A DNA stretch of 63,949 bases, filler included, from Raillietiella orientalis (taxonomy: Eukaryota), in NCBI GenBank assembly GCA_036172245.1. It is 7 parts of 7 records of this genome, joined end to end, with 100 filler letters (N's around TTAATTAATTAA, not from the genome) between each part and the next. Parts side by side here need not be neighbours in the genome. Positions count along the whole stretch, not along the records: positions 9,695 to 19,256 come from JAYWIR010000279.1; positions 19,357 to 28,887 come from JAYWIR010000280.1; 5 more parts are not named here. One strand, 5' to 3'. This document shows, in pieces, positions 12,011 through 24,657 of the stretch (position 1 is the stretch's first letter; every line of letters begins with the position of its first letter). The notes below the pieces were generated by a model that worked only from the letters and a program-made list of their open reading frames with translations, had not been told where the DNA came from and made no database searches. A program made the translations under genes and the position numbers.

Positions 12011-15007
12011 TCTTCACAGCGGGGATTCGGCGGAGGGCTGAGGTACGACCGGGCATACCACCACGCCCGTCTTTACTCTAGGACTCCCGACGTTCGACGC
12101 CTGGCGAAGTATATAGCTGGGGCTAAGCGACAGACCTGGCAATCCGTTTCGTCCAGCTTGCTGGACGCCCAAGGCCAAGAATGCTCAGCTCCGGCTAGAA
12201 TAAATCGCATCCTGCGGGACTATTACTCTTCCTTGTACGCGCGTAGAACAACAGAAATCGCCGTGGCGCAGCGCTTGCTGCCGAAAGGCGCCCCCGCGCT
12301 GCAGGAGGAGCAGGCACATCAACTCGAGGAGCCTTTCTCGATGGCGGAGATCGTCTCCGCCATCGGAAAGCTCCGAAAGAGGGAAGAAGCAGGGGAAGAC
12401 GGTCCGCCCTCGGAGTTCTACCAAGGCGTCGTGGCGGAGCTGGCCCCCCTGATTCATCGGCTATGCATGCTGATCCGAGAACAAGGGGACGTCCCCAAAT
12501 CGTTCCGGTCAGCTAGAGTACGTCTCCTGACGAAAGGAGCAGACAATCGCAACGTAGGCAACTGGCGTCCCATCACAGTAGTAAATGCGAATGCGAAGTT
12601 GCTTGCCAAGCTTTGGGCTGAGCGACGGGGACGGGTGGCGGAATCCGTGGCGAGTCCGGAGCAGACATACGCTGTTCCCGGACGAAGCATGGAGGCCAAC
12701 CTGTTCCTCGCCAGTACATGGTGGCAGTTGCAACAAAGCGAAGACCAGGGCGGTCAAGAGAATCCTTGATTCTCCTCTGACCAGGGAGGGAACGCCCTTC
12801 ATGGAAGAGCCGCGCCCGGTGCCCTTGCGGTCGCAGTCGATCTGCGTAAAGCGTTCGATTGCGTCGACCAGGAACTCCTTCTGGAGCTCCTGGAACGCTT
12901 GGGATTTCCGGCCGTCTTCCGGGCTTACCTGCGCTCCTGCTGGCGCTTCGCTCTAATAAACATCTATTTTAGCGGCTGGCACCTGTACGGCGTGCCGGTT
13001 CGGCGTGGCATAAAGCAGGGTGACAGTCTGAGCCCCATGCTCTTCAGCATCTACATCGAGCTGGTGCTGAGGGCCCACAGGGAGACTCTGGCAACCCTGC
13101 CAAGCTCGTGTCCCGGCACGCCTGGCGTGTCGGCCTACGCCGACGATCTTCTGCTCCTGCTCCCCGGGTCCACCCCGGCGTCGGCGCTCGAAGATTTCTT
13201 TGAGTTGCTGCGCCGCGGGACGGGCCTCGAGGTGAACAGAGACAAATCTTCCATCGTTCCAACATCACCACAACTTTTCAACAATACGGCGTGGGCCGGA
13301 CGGCCGGACTGGATCCGCTTGAAGATCCCCACGGGCAGGTGCTTGAAGTACCTTGGCGTTCCGTTGGCGGGCTTCTGCGTTGCAGAATCCTGGTTCGACC
13401 GTCTCCAAAAGGTGGAGTTGGCGATCGGCCCGTTGCGGAACGGCAAGTTTTTCTTGCAGGTGCGGGCCGCGGTGTGGAACGCGTTCGCGGCCCCCCTCCT
13501 TCGCCCCTTACTTTTTGTTTGCCCCGCCCCTCCCATCATACAGAGACGGACGAAAGCCCTCTTGAGGACTGCCCTTTGGGGCACAGCGAGGTCGCGAGTC
13601 CGATTGAAAGACTTGTGCGCTCCACGCAGGGATGGTGGCTTGGGCCTCCTTACGTTGGAGCGCATCCAACTTCAAACAACAATTCGAAAGTTAGCACTTG
13701 CGGCTAGCTTATGGATGACGCCATGGTGCGATCCGGCACGGCTCCTCGCCAGAAGAGCGTCCGGCTGCGAAGGATTGTCCTCGATCCTCGTGGCCTACCA
13801 GCGCAGCCTCTTTAACTGTTGCCTTGATTTGCGCCAGATGGTCGCCCTGATAAGGGAGAATACCTAAATCTCCTGCATCCCGGCGAACTGCACTGCGTGG
13901 CTTATGGAGTCAGCTTCCGCGTGGGCTAAGATCAACGGCACGAGCGAGGCGGAATACAACTTCCTGCGACGAGGACCGTACGCTCGACAGCCGCTGCAGG
14001 AGATTATCAACACGCCCCGGAAGTTTCTGTGGGCTTCTTTCAGCCCCCTTGCCCCCGTTCTGTCCTCCCTGAAAAACACTAGGAGCAGCAACGAGCTGGA
14101 ATCGTGGGAAATGTCCTGCCTCATCCGAGGCAGGAAAAGCCTTTAAAGGCGTGGACGACTCGAGAGCTCACGGACGCTGCCACCCCGAGTGTCCCGCCTC
14201 ACGGACTTGCGCGCTGGGGAGAGCTGCTCGCAATACCTCCGGAGGAGGTGAAGTGGCTCCCAGCGTGTTGGGATTGCGGCACACTTCCCTTGAAGTGGCA
14301 GGAGACGGCGTTTCTATTTCTGCACTGGGGACTGTTAAGCAGAGCACGCCTTTCTCACTGGACACTGGGAAATGTGGATGCCCGCTGTGTCGAGTGCGGA
14401 GAAAGAGAAACCTTCCCGCATCTCACTCTCGAGTGTGTCGCCCTGGATGGACTATGGAGTAGAATGGCCCCAATCCTCCATCTTCCAGTAGGCGACCCTA
14501 AGGAAATTTACCGTCGCCTCTTTCTGCGTGACGGCCTGCGCCCCGCTGCGTCTCTAGCAGTCCTCTGCTGCGTGCGCAGCATTGTGCAAAGGTGGCACGC
14601 CAGAAGAAGAGGCCCAAGATGCAGGGACGCCATCCACTGGACGACGATCTCTTTAGAGACGGCGACAAGGTGGCGTCTACCTTTCACAATAAAAACTGAA
14701 CTCGACTGCATCCTCAACAGGATGCGGAGAACCGACTCAGGCGCCCAGTGATCCTTTCCCTGCCCCCCACCTCTCCTCATACAACTGTTTTCCCCCTCGT
14801 TATCTCTTTTTTTGTTTATTTTTGTTCAAGTTTTCCCTCCCCATGCGCCTCGGGAACGGACCTAATCGGTCTATGCATCGACAACAGACACGTCAACCAA
14901 GGTGGGAAAACCAAGTGTTTCCCACAATTAACTTTTGAAAGACTTTATTAGCTAATTTTTGTAAAAAATTAGAATAATAAATGCCCCGGCATATCCGGGT
15001 GGCAAAC
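12011..15007 (+). mobile_element. E7: ORF2 linker, RT, C-terminal domain and 3'UTR, decayed
   Basis: NWRPITVVN, GIKQGDSLSP, YADD, KYLGV, CVECGERETFPHLTLEC; AATAAATGCCCCGGCATATCCGGGTGGCAAAC. Confidence 0.9.
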
Positions 15008-17427
15008 TTTGGCCGCGCCCGAGCACTCCAGGCCCTGGTCGGCAAGCAGACAAGCTGCTCCTGACTACCAGACGTGGCGCTCGGCCTTGGTTTTGTACTC
15101 CGCAATGTACCGGACGTCCGAGCATCGGGAGAATTGGAGGGCCTGCAGAAACTCTCTGCAGTTGGCCGCGCCTTCCCCGAAGCCACGGGGAAGCAGGCGC
15201 AAGAAGAACCGGCTGCAGAATTCGCGGACCGATCTTTTCAGATCGTCCCAGTCTACGAGCTCTCGAACGGCAAAGGTCCGGAGATGCTGGCGGAGGTGCT
15301 CCGCAGCCACCGGATTTCTTAACCAGTTGGCCGGCAACCTCCAGACGTGCGTCGAAGGGCCCTTGCCAGGCGGGAGTTGCTCAAACTCCAGCCTGTGGTG
15401 GTCGGAAAGCTCGGACGGCACGGGACCTCTTCGACCCACCGGGCAATGCAGGTGATCGTCGAGGAACACATGGTCCGGCAAAGCACGCATCCCGGGATCG
15501 TCGGCCAGCAAATTCGAGGCGTGCACCGACGCGCACATCTCGTTCACCAGCCGTTTCTCCTGGCGACTGTGAGACTCCTCCGATAGCGCGTGGACGTTGA
15601 AGTCCCCAGCTACGAGGTGAGCCACGTCGGGGTCAGAGTTGCTCAGCCAGCGGTCGCGCAGTCTCTCGAAAAACTCCAGTTTCTGGGTGTGACGCGTGGA
15701 GCCGCTTGGCGCGTACACGTTCGTGACGACAAGGTTGATCGATTCGGACCACTTGAGAACAAGTTGGCTCACACGACCTTCCTTGTCGAAACAAACGCTC
15801 CGCACCGCTCCCGCCACCCTGCCTTGTTCAAGGAACGCGACTCCGCAGGTATTCTGAGAGCCTGACCTCCAATGGAGCGTCCCGCCTGCGCGAACTTGCA
15901 GATCGGCCGCTTGCTGCTCGGAGAGTGCGTGAATCTCCTGCAGCAGGGCCAGATCGAAGTCGCGCAATACGTTGGCAACCAATCGCCTCTTCTCGTTGTC
16001 CTGCAGCCCGTTGACGTTCCAACAGGTCACTCGGACGCGACGGGAAGAAGCGAGACCGCGCATTGCTGCTACGGAAATGGAGGTGCGTTCCTCTTCCCGT
16101 CCGGCGAGGCATCAGCCGGGAGCACGGCGGATGAGGTAGCGCAAGCGCTTCCTGTCCCCGCCGAGCCGCTCGCGGCCGGCTCGGTTGAGTCGAGGACCAT
16201 TGCCTCTGGCTCCGAGGGGCATCGGGAACCGTTCCCGGCATCAGGCTCTTGCCTGGCAAGTTTTGGCTTGCGCGCAGCCCTGACCTTGTCTGATGCTTGG
16301 CGAGCCTTAGCGCTGCCCTCGGACTACTCCTCGGAGTCCGAATTCCGCGCGCGCGTAGGGCGTTTCGTCTGCCTCTTTATTTGCTGGCAGCCCGGACCTG
16401 GTCCAGCACTCTTAGAGGGTGCCTTCGTCGCCGATCCTCCTTCCTGGGTCATGGCAGCGGCAGCTCTTCTCTCGCCGCGGGTGTGTGCGACGGCGCGCGC
16501 GGCGGCAGCAGAGGCTTTTCCTTGCGCCTTCCTTGGCGCGTGGGGCTGCCTTTTCACCCCGCCTACCTTTTTGATCGGGAAGTGGGAAGGATCGCGCGGT
16601 TTACGCTCCTTCTTTTCCCCGACGAAGGTCCAGCCATCCTCACCGCCTTCCTCTTTGCCTCGGTTGGGCGCGAGGGCTTCCAAGGTCCTTCGCATCCTTT
16701 CCAAGGCCTCCGATACGGCGATGGAGGCCGGTGTCTCCATCGCCACGTCTGACTTCTGCACCTCCTTACCGGAAGGTGTAAGCAGAGTGGCTGGATTCTC
16801 GGGGGTCGCGCGAGGCTTTTCACCCTTGGCTGGCGATCGGCCCGCCGTGGCCGGCTTTCCTTTTGCGTGCAAAGGGGCGCGCGACCACTTTTTCGACGCT
16901 ACAGCGGACTTCTCGGGCGTGCCACCGCTATTTTGCTACATAGCGAGAACGGACGGAAGCGGCAGTTTTGCAGTCTGCCCGAGGTTTTTTTTAGACTGCT
17001 TTGCTCGGGGCTTGTTTTTAGCAGCTTGGAGAAGCTTTTTGTCCTTTTGTGCGGGCTTTTGAGGAGCATTGCTTCCAAACACGCCCGCGCAATCGGACTT
17101 TGTGCTTGTCCGCTGCGGAACCTCGTTCGCGCCGGATTTCTTCCCCGACGACGGAGAGGATGGAGTGGGCGCGGACGGCGATGTTGCAAGGAAACCTCCT
17201 CGTTCTTCTCTTTCGTTTTAGCTTGGCGCACTCGTTAATCAAGTTACTGAGCAGCTTACAGTATCGGCAACTGCGTGTTGGCCACTTCCGTGGACGGTAA
17301 CTCTTCTTCCCGCAGTTGTCGCAAGCTGGGGTTTTCCCGGCAAACCGAAGATAGACGACGACGTCACCGAGGAGGATCTGCGAAGGCATGAGCCTCCGGT
17401 TGTCCATAGTGACGCGCGCAGTCGAGA
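15008..17427 (-). mobile_element. E8: partial ORF1 plus ORF2 EN (ORF 15065..16063), cut on both sides by other insertions
   Basis: MRGLASSRRVRVTCWNVNGL, LQEIH, NVYAP, GDFN, SDH; degenerate ORF1 knuckles at ~17260-17330. Confidence 0.88.
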
Positions 17428-19256
17428 TTCACACCCGGATGTGCCGGGGCATTTATTTCCTTGAAAGAAAATTACATAGAAATGTCGCGTGGCGAACCCG
17501 AATATTCACCACTCCAAAACAGCTTGCTGGTCACCGGCTCCATGCCGGAGAGGTCCTTCCTAAGCGCGGGAATGGGAAATAAAGAAAAACAAAAAGAAAC
17601 AAAAAGTTCAAATGTGGGGGGGAACAAATGTTGTAGGGGTGGAAGGGCGGAGAAGGGATCTCGGTGCGCGTGGAAAGGTCCTCTAGATCCTATTCAGGAT
17701 CCGCACAAGCTGAGTCCTTTCAGCGCCCAAGTGGCGCCACTTGCAGACACTGGCGCGAAAAGGCGAGTCCAGTGTAAGGCATTGCCGGTTGTCTGACGCC
17801 TTCTTCTGGTGGCGTTCCAAGCCGCCACTATACCTCTGATGCAGCAGAGGACTGCTACACTAGCCGGCGGGGACAAGGCGTCACTACAGAAGAGGCGCCT
17901 TAAAACGTCCTTTGGGCCGCATCCGCGCAAGTACAAGATCGCCGCGAGACGATCCCACAAAGGGCGGAGGGCGCTACACTCAAGGGGAAGGTGAGGGAAT
18001 GTTTCTTTTTCCTCACTCCGGTCACAATTAGGATCCACAGCCCCCCGGGTGGTGTGGTGCAGGCGTGCAATGAATGGTAATCCCCTGATTACCACAAACA
18101 ACGCCACATCCTGCCATTTCAGGGGAAGGGATGCACTGTATTAGGACGCTGGGGGCCACTTTATCTCCTCCGGAGATAGTCCGAGTAGCACGCCCCAGCG
18201 TCGAATTCCGTTGGGCGGAACACTCGGCGTCCCAGCGTCAGCTAGCTGCCGAGATGACCACGCCTTTTTCGATTGTGTCCTGCCGCCTATAGTGCAGGAC
18301 ATGGTACATTTCCCCTGCTCGTTACTGTCCCTGGCATTCACAAGGAAGGGAAGCACTGGGTCGAGGGGGGTTATCAAGGCCCACAGAAGCTTGTCGTGGG
18401 ACTGCACGCTCTCCTGCAGCGTCCAGCGGGCGTGCCTTTTCATACAAGTGTTACTTGTGCCCGCCGGAACGTGGATCTTTCCCCGGGTGGAGACTGACTC
18501 GTGCAACCAGGCGGAGTTTTTCCCTGGGAGGCAGGAGATACAGGCGTTCTCCCGAACCGCAACGAAGATGCGTCGCAGCATATAGCCACAGTATGCTCTT
18601 CTGCAGACGCGCGCAGACAGAAACGACAAAAGTCCGCCGATTCCACAGGCTCGTTGGGCCAGGAGGCGTGCTGGAACGCACCAAGGCGTGTCCCTCAATT
18701 CGGCCGCGAGAGCGAGAGTCCTGAATCCAAGTTGCAGTTCCATGCGCTCCAGCGTAAGTACGCCAAGTCCACTGTCCCTACGTGGAGCGCACAAGTCTTT
18801 GAGCCGGACGCGGTGCCTCCGGTTGCCCCAGAGGGCTTTCCGTATAAGGCCCCTAGTCCGTGTCCTAATATGTTAAGGGGTAGGGCACACAAAAAGTAGG
18901 GGGCGAAGGAGGGGGGCCGCGAAAGCGTTCCATACCGTGGCCCGTTCCTGCAAGTGAAACATGCCGTCCCGGAACGTGCCGATCGCCGGCTCCACTTTTT
19001 GTAGACGGTCGGACCAGGCTTCTGCAGAGCAGAAGTCCCCCAACGGAACGACAAGGTACTTGATGTACCTGCCCGTGGGGATCCCCAAGCGGAACCAGTT
19101 TGACCGTCCGGCCCTCGTCGAGTCGGTGAGAAGCAACGACGACTTCGTGCTGTTTACCTGGAGGCCTGTCCCACGGTATAGCAACTCGAAGAAATCCTTG
19201 AGCGCCGATGCCGGGGTAGACCCGGGAAGCAGGAGCAGAAGATCGTCGGCATAGGC
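17428..19256 (-). mobile_element. E9: 3' half of L1/Tx1 element (from YADD to 3' hairpin), decayed
   Basis: AYADDLLLL at contig edge, PRRDSGLG, ETFPHLPLEC; AATAAATGCCCCGGCACATCCGGGTGTGAA. Confidence 0.88.
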
Positions 19257-19356
19257 NNNNNNNNNNNNNNNNNNNNNNNNNNNNNNNNNNNNNNNNNNNN
19301 TTAATTAATTAANNNNNNNNNNNNNNNNNNNNNNNNNNNNNNNNNNNNNNNNNNNN
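19257..19356. other. artificial contig linker
   Basis: same 100-nt N/TTAATTAATTAA/N linker. Confidence 0.99.
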
Positions 19357-20840
19357 CGACGACATCCCAGGCGGGACCCGCGGGCGTCCACGCGGCACGC
19401 AGGGTGCCAGACGCGACGCCATCTTGCTCGGATGCCCCAACACAGCATCCGCTGAGTTATGCAGCAGCGGCGGCGGCAGCGAACACTTTCGTACGCCCTG
19501 CACGGGAATATGGAAAACCGAGGGTATTAATCCTCCAAGACGTCCCGGAACTGATGGCACCGGAGAAAGAAAATGTACGCATAATAACATTCAGAACCGG
19601 GTTAATCCGCGTACATAATATTCGTGAGGTCTACTTCGCCCTGAACCGAGCCAATGTAGACTTCGACCGTGTGCAGGCTATCATCCCGTGCGCGAGTGGC
19701 TTCAGCATCCACACGGATGATGAACAATTGGCAGATTCCCTTCTCGAACAGGGAATAAACATTAACGGTAGAATGATACGGGGGCTGGGCGAGTTGTCCA
19801 CCACCACCGTACACATTGCGGGTGTTAGCAGGCTAACACCACAGAATGAGGTGTGGAGATTCCTTCAACAGTTTGGGGAGATAAAGCAGGCGGCTTTCCC
19901 CAACATTGTGGAACAAGTGTTCGCAGGAGTAGGCTTCGCGAAAATGAAGCTGAAGGATGGGGCACAAATTCCGGCAGTGTACCACCTAGACAATCATTCC
20001 CCTGAAGTAATGTTCCGGTACAAAATGCAACCGCCATTCTGTACCATTTGCAAAACATTCGGGCATCGGATGACAGCGTGCACAAAAGCACGCTGCTACC
20101 GTTGCAATAGGATCGGGCACTTAGCAAGACAGTGCCTTGAGCCGGAGGCGTGTTCGTTCTGCAAACTCCCTGGCCACGCCAAGTGGAACTGCGGAAAGTT
20201 TGAGGAGTGGAGGGCGTTGCGTGGTCTATCTCCCGTGCAAGAGAAACCACAAAAGCCGGCCGAAGAGCCGAAAAGAAATGTTGCGGAGAAGGCGAGGAGA
20301 ACCATCGAAGTCCCTCTTATATCGGAGGACGGCTTCGTGACAGTAAAGAAGAAGGGGAAGAGAAGGATGCTCGAGAACGAGCATCAAGACTCCGAAAAGC
20401 CCCAAGAAATTGCGGAAGAAGGCGAGAAGGCGGAAGAAGAACAAGAAGTGGCGGTGGCGGATAACCCTGCCCCGACATCGCAGGAAGACCTGCTAATAGT
20501 TGAGGAAATGGACAACCTGTCGAAGGAAGTCCAGCAGAAACCCGAACAGGTTGAACACGAGCAACTCTTACGTCGTTTGTGTGAAGTCCAAGAAGACATC
20601 AACAAAATAGTAGGAACGAAACAACGCGATAAGATGGAAAGGCAGATTCTTGCTGTTAAGCAGGATTATTGTGCGATGGTGAGTTTAGAAACACTCCCAC
20701 GCAAAATAGTAGAGAAGGCAGAATGTCCAGCAGAAGATCAAACCGGCACCGAGAGCGATGCCGGAAGTGAGAAACCATCTGCTGCCGGGAGAACGAAAAG
20801 ATCTCCCAGGCAGATGAAAACGAGAAAAGCTAAAAAGTAG
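19357..20840 (+). CDS. ORF1 (gag-like, RRM-like region plus three CX2CX4HX4C knuckles), 5' partial
   Basis: CTICKTFGHRMTAC, CYRCNRIGHLARQC, CSFCKLPGHAKWNC. Confidence 0.9.
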
Positions 20841-20850
20841 GATCCCCAAC

Positions 20851-23800
20851 GTGGCCTCGTCGCTGTCCTCGACCAGGAAGGTTAACATCGCTTCCTGGAA
20901 CGTAAATGGACTTAATGACCCAGGCAAAAGAAAAAGGAGATTGCAGAACATCGCACAACAACATGTGGTGTGCCTACAAGAAACCCACCATCTGGGAAAT
21001 CAAAATGTCCTGGAGATGGAACGCCGCTTTGATGGCAAACTGTTCGTCAGCGAGGGACAGAAAAAGACCATGGGCGTGGCAATCCTCATCAAAAACGAGC
21101 TTGCCCACACCATTTTGGAAACCTTCTGTCCCATACCTGGCAGAATAATCGGCATGCGACTGTCTTGTTCCAGCAACGTTCACCTCTTCCTGGTGAACGT
21201 GTACGGACCACACAAGTTGAAGCATCGGTGCGCGGAAAAACTACACGAAGAACTCCGCAAAAGAGTAGCACCAAAGGACATAATCATCGTCGCAGGAGAC
21301 TTGAATATCCTGGACGAGATTAAATATTCCCAGGACGCCAGAGGAAGAGAGGCGTATCGTCGGTTGTCCGATGATTTCGGACTCTTATGGCGAACAGCTC
21401 ACCACAAACCGATTGATCACGTCCTTCACAGTGCGGAGATCGACAACCGCATACAGGGGTTTCGCGACGTGCAAACTCTGCTGTCCGATCACCCGCTGAT
21501 ACGGTTCTCCCTCCGAACGGAGAATCCTCGACGAAAGAAGGCCACCAGGGCGGCGCTCATCTGCATGCCCGCCTGGTTTGAGACGCTTCCCTGTAACCAG
21601 GAGGTCATCGAGGCGATCCTGCGTGACTCCACCATCCGCAGAGTAGCCGACTGGGACAGGTTGAAGCATAAAATCCATTTATTCTGCAATATGCAGTATT
21701 TGAGTAAGCGACTGAGGCAGGAAGCGTACCGGGAGCTTAACATTCAAGATCGCTCCCTCTCAAAGTACTACGATCAGTAAGAGAGTCGGTACGTCTTCCA
21801 AAATGTAAAAGGGGAAATCGGCGTGCTGGAGAAGAGGAATCTGGCGACAGACATCTTCTGCATCCAGCATGAGGGACAAATGAGAGAAACGTCAGAGGAT
21901 ATTCTCGATGCATTTCATCGGCATTATGAGAATCACTTCAGTCGACAACATTTGTCTACACAAATACAACAAGCCTTTCTGGGACACCTCGAGAAGAGAA
22001 TAGACGACCTCCAACAAAACAGACTGGAGGAGGAGTTCTCCGAAGGCGAGGTGAAAGCTGCATTCGACGAACTACGTAAGGACGTGGCAGCAGGCCCTGA
22101 TAGCGTACCAGTTACGCACTACCAGCGGTACCTGCATGCCTACCTGCGTTTGTTCAAACAGCTCACCCTCTGCATCCGCGAAGAAGGCAAACTACCGAAG
22201 TCCTTCTATGAGAGCAGGATGAGATTGTTGCCGAAAGGAGGCGACCTTACGCAGGTCGCTCAATGGAGGCCAATCTCCGTCCTGAACTCTGATGCCAAGT
22301 GGTTGGCGAAGATCTGGTCCAACCGCTTAGGCAGGGTCATGCCGAAGCTGATCTCCCCAGTCCAAACATGTGCGGTCCCTGGCCGTCGCATGTTGGACAA
22401 TGTCAAGTGTGCCCAGGCTACCGTCGGACTCAGTCGATACGTCGGCGAGAACCTGGTGCTGGTGTTCACTGACATGGAGAAGGCGTTCGACTCCATCGAC
22501 CATAGGATGCTGCTGAAGATTCTGGATAAGCTGGGCCTTCCAGTATACTTCAGCGACTTCGTGAAGATGGTACTCAAAAACCAGTATTGCCGCATCAAAA
22601 TCAACGGCGAGGAGACGGCAGCAATTAGGATGGAACGGGAAGTCCGGCAGGGCGACTCCATAAGTCCGATGCTGTTCGTCATCTACATGGAGGCGTTGTC
22701 TTCCTTTATCGAGAGAAGCGAACGTCTACAAGGAATAACCATCGATGGCCAGCGTCTCACCCATCTGGCGTACGCCGATGACCTCCTCTTCTTCATCAAG
22801 GGAGAGAGGAACCAGCGGGCGTTCCTGGATGTGGTAGACCTGATGGAACAAGGTCTCGGGCTAAAGATCAACGCCCAGAAGAGTCAGCTCCTAACCGTTG
22901 GAATACTAGACCTCTATACCCTCACGGGGAGAGGATTCCGAACGGTGGACACGGCCAAATATCTGGGAGTTCACGTCGACGACGACTCTGCGTCGAAGCT
23001 ACTGTGGACAACAATCCTGGAGAAAACGGCCAAGAAAGCAGCGAAGTTTACCCGACTGGACTTTGGAATAAAGCGAAAGGCTAACCTCTGGAACGGAGTA
23101 CTCCTTCCAAAGGTGCTCTTTGGAGCAGCCTTCGCAAGAATGAACAAAGACACCACGAGGGAATTCGAGAAGCTGCAAAGGAAAACATTGTGGGGCTACT
23201 ATCGCCCAAGAGTACGTCTAAAACCCTTGTGTCGTCCCAGGGACGAAGGAGGCTCCGGGATGAAATCGCTTGCACATTCCATGGAAATCATGGATACGCG
23301 ACACATCCTGGATATCGCCACCCATTGGGATGACTGGCCATATGCGGCGCATAGGGCCTACGCGTTGTTGCTTTACAACTCGAAAGGCCTGGTGACTGCG
23401 CTGCTAGAACGAGCAGGGGAATGGATCCACATCGACCCAACCTGGAGGAGAAAGCAACGGCTAGTGCGTAAGCACAAGATGAAAATCGTGCCGAAAAGCA
23501 GGGAACTCTGGCTGGAAGAATCCATCGTGGTGATCCCCTGGATGCTTCCGGTCCCTCCGGACACGCGAAGCTGGATCTACCAGCGGCCCAGAGTTACCCT
23601 GCAACGAATTCAGGAATGGCGCCGAGGAGGCTACCTACATCACTCGCGTGTACTTCGGTACATAGAGATGATGCTAGGGAGGTTAACCCACCAGAGCCGC
23701 GAGGTGTGGATTAACCACAACGACTTCGCGTGGTCCAGGGTAACCAGGATGAACCTCCGAAGACTGATTAAAGAAGAGGACCGCGACACCAGTGCCCTCC

Positions 23801-24369
23801 AACAAGCCGCCGATCGCTACAGGAGTGACAGGATCAACCTGTTGGCGATCGGAACGACACTCTGAGGGAGTGACCTTCCGCCGGACACCCAGGACAACCT
23901 CCTGATGTTTTACCATGGAGGAATCCTGACGGGGTCCAGGCTACAACACTTCACGAGAAGAAGGGAAGACAGAGACTGCACAGCGTGTGGTGACATCGAC
24001 ACAAGACTTCACATCTTGACGTGTCCCACACTGCTTCACGACTGGCTGATCCTGAAAAGGATCATCGGACGCACCACCAGCTCCGTAATGGAAATCCTCG
24101 CCGGGATGTTTCAGGGAGATGGTAATGTTCCCTGTTACAATCCCATGGTGAGGACGACCATCGCCCTCTTCATCACCGCCATACTTGTGCGGTGGTGGAA
24201 AATGAGGAAAGCCAGGAGAGCCGCACCTCCGATGGAGATCCTCCAGGGACTCCTGAAGAAGGAAATCGGCATCAGGAACTGTGGAAGAATCCAAGCCTGG
24301 ACGTACAGATTCATCCTGAAGAGGATCGAGGACGACGCCCGGGACCATCCAGCTGGAATCCCACCCTGA
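20851..24369 (+). pseudogene. ORF2 (APE endonuclease, reverse transcriptase, zinc knuckle) with two nonsense changes
   Basis: single frame throughout; TAA at 21778 (TAC in sister copy E11) and TGA at 23863; WNVNGL, LQETH, SDH, QWRPIS, DMEKAFD, RQGDSISP, YADD, CTACGDIDTRLHILTC. Confidence 0.9.
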
Positions 24370-24516
24370 AAAGCAGAACTCTAGTGACTTCAAAAAACTT
24401 CAGAGTGAAAAAGTGATAGTGTAAAGAATGAATGAGAGTTCGAATGCAAAAATTGTAGAGTGAATGATACCATACAGAAAATAAATTTACCCCACCCCTT
24501 GTGGGACTTGGGGAAA

Positions 24517-24638
24517 ATCGTAGGCGAGGAAGGCGACTGAGCCGCGATTATTGCTAGTTGAAAACTTTACCCAATACCACGCCAAGGCAGTGCGTAAAAC
24601 CACTGCCGAGGCAATTTTTGTGTGCCCTGACAGGGCAA
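24517..24638 (+). ncRNA. U4: U4 spliceosomal snRNA lacking its first ~19 nt
   Basis: ATCGTAG...GCGATTATTGCTAGTTGAAAACTTTACCCAATACCACGCC matches the metazoan U4 core as I recall it; intact k-turn 5' stem-loop; central stem-loop; Sm site AATTTTTG (24613-24620); terminal hairpin TGCCCT-GAC-AGGGCA. Confidence 0.93.
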
Positions 24639-24657
24639 GTGCCTGCCGAAGATTAGT

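Larger units (their letters stand above)
19357..24516 (+). mobile_element. E10: near full-length L1/Tx1-clade element, family D (5' end cut by contig edge)
   Basis: ORF1 with three CCHC knuckles, ORF2 EN-RT-knuckle, 3'UTR with AATAAA (24480), hairpin and AAAA. Confidence 0.93.

Noticed and set aside
21778..23865. Split ORF2 in E10 as read-through or separate EN and RT genes
   Set aside because: The sister copy has TAC at the first stop and the second is a plausible TGG-to-TGA change, so ordinary decay explains both.
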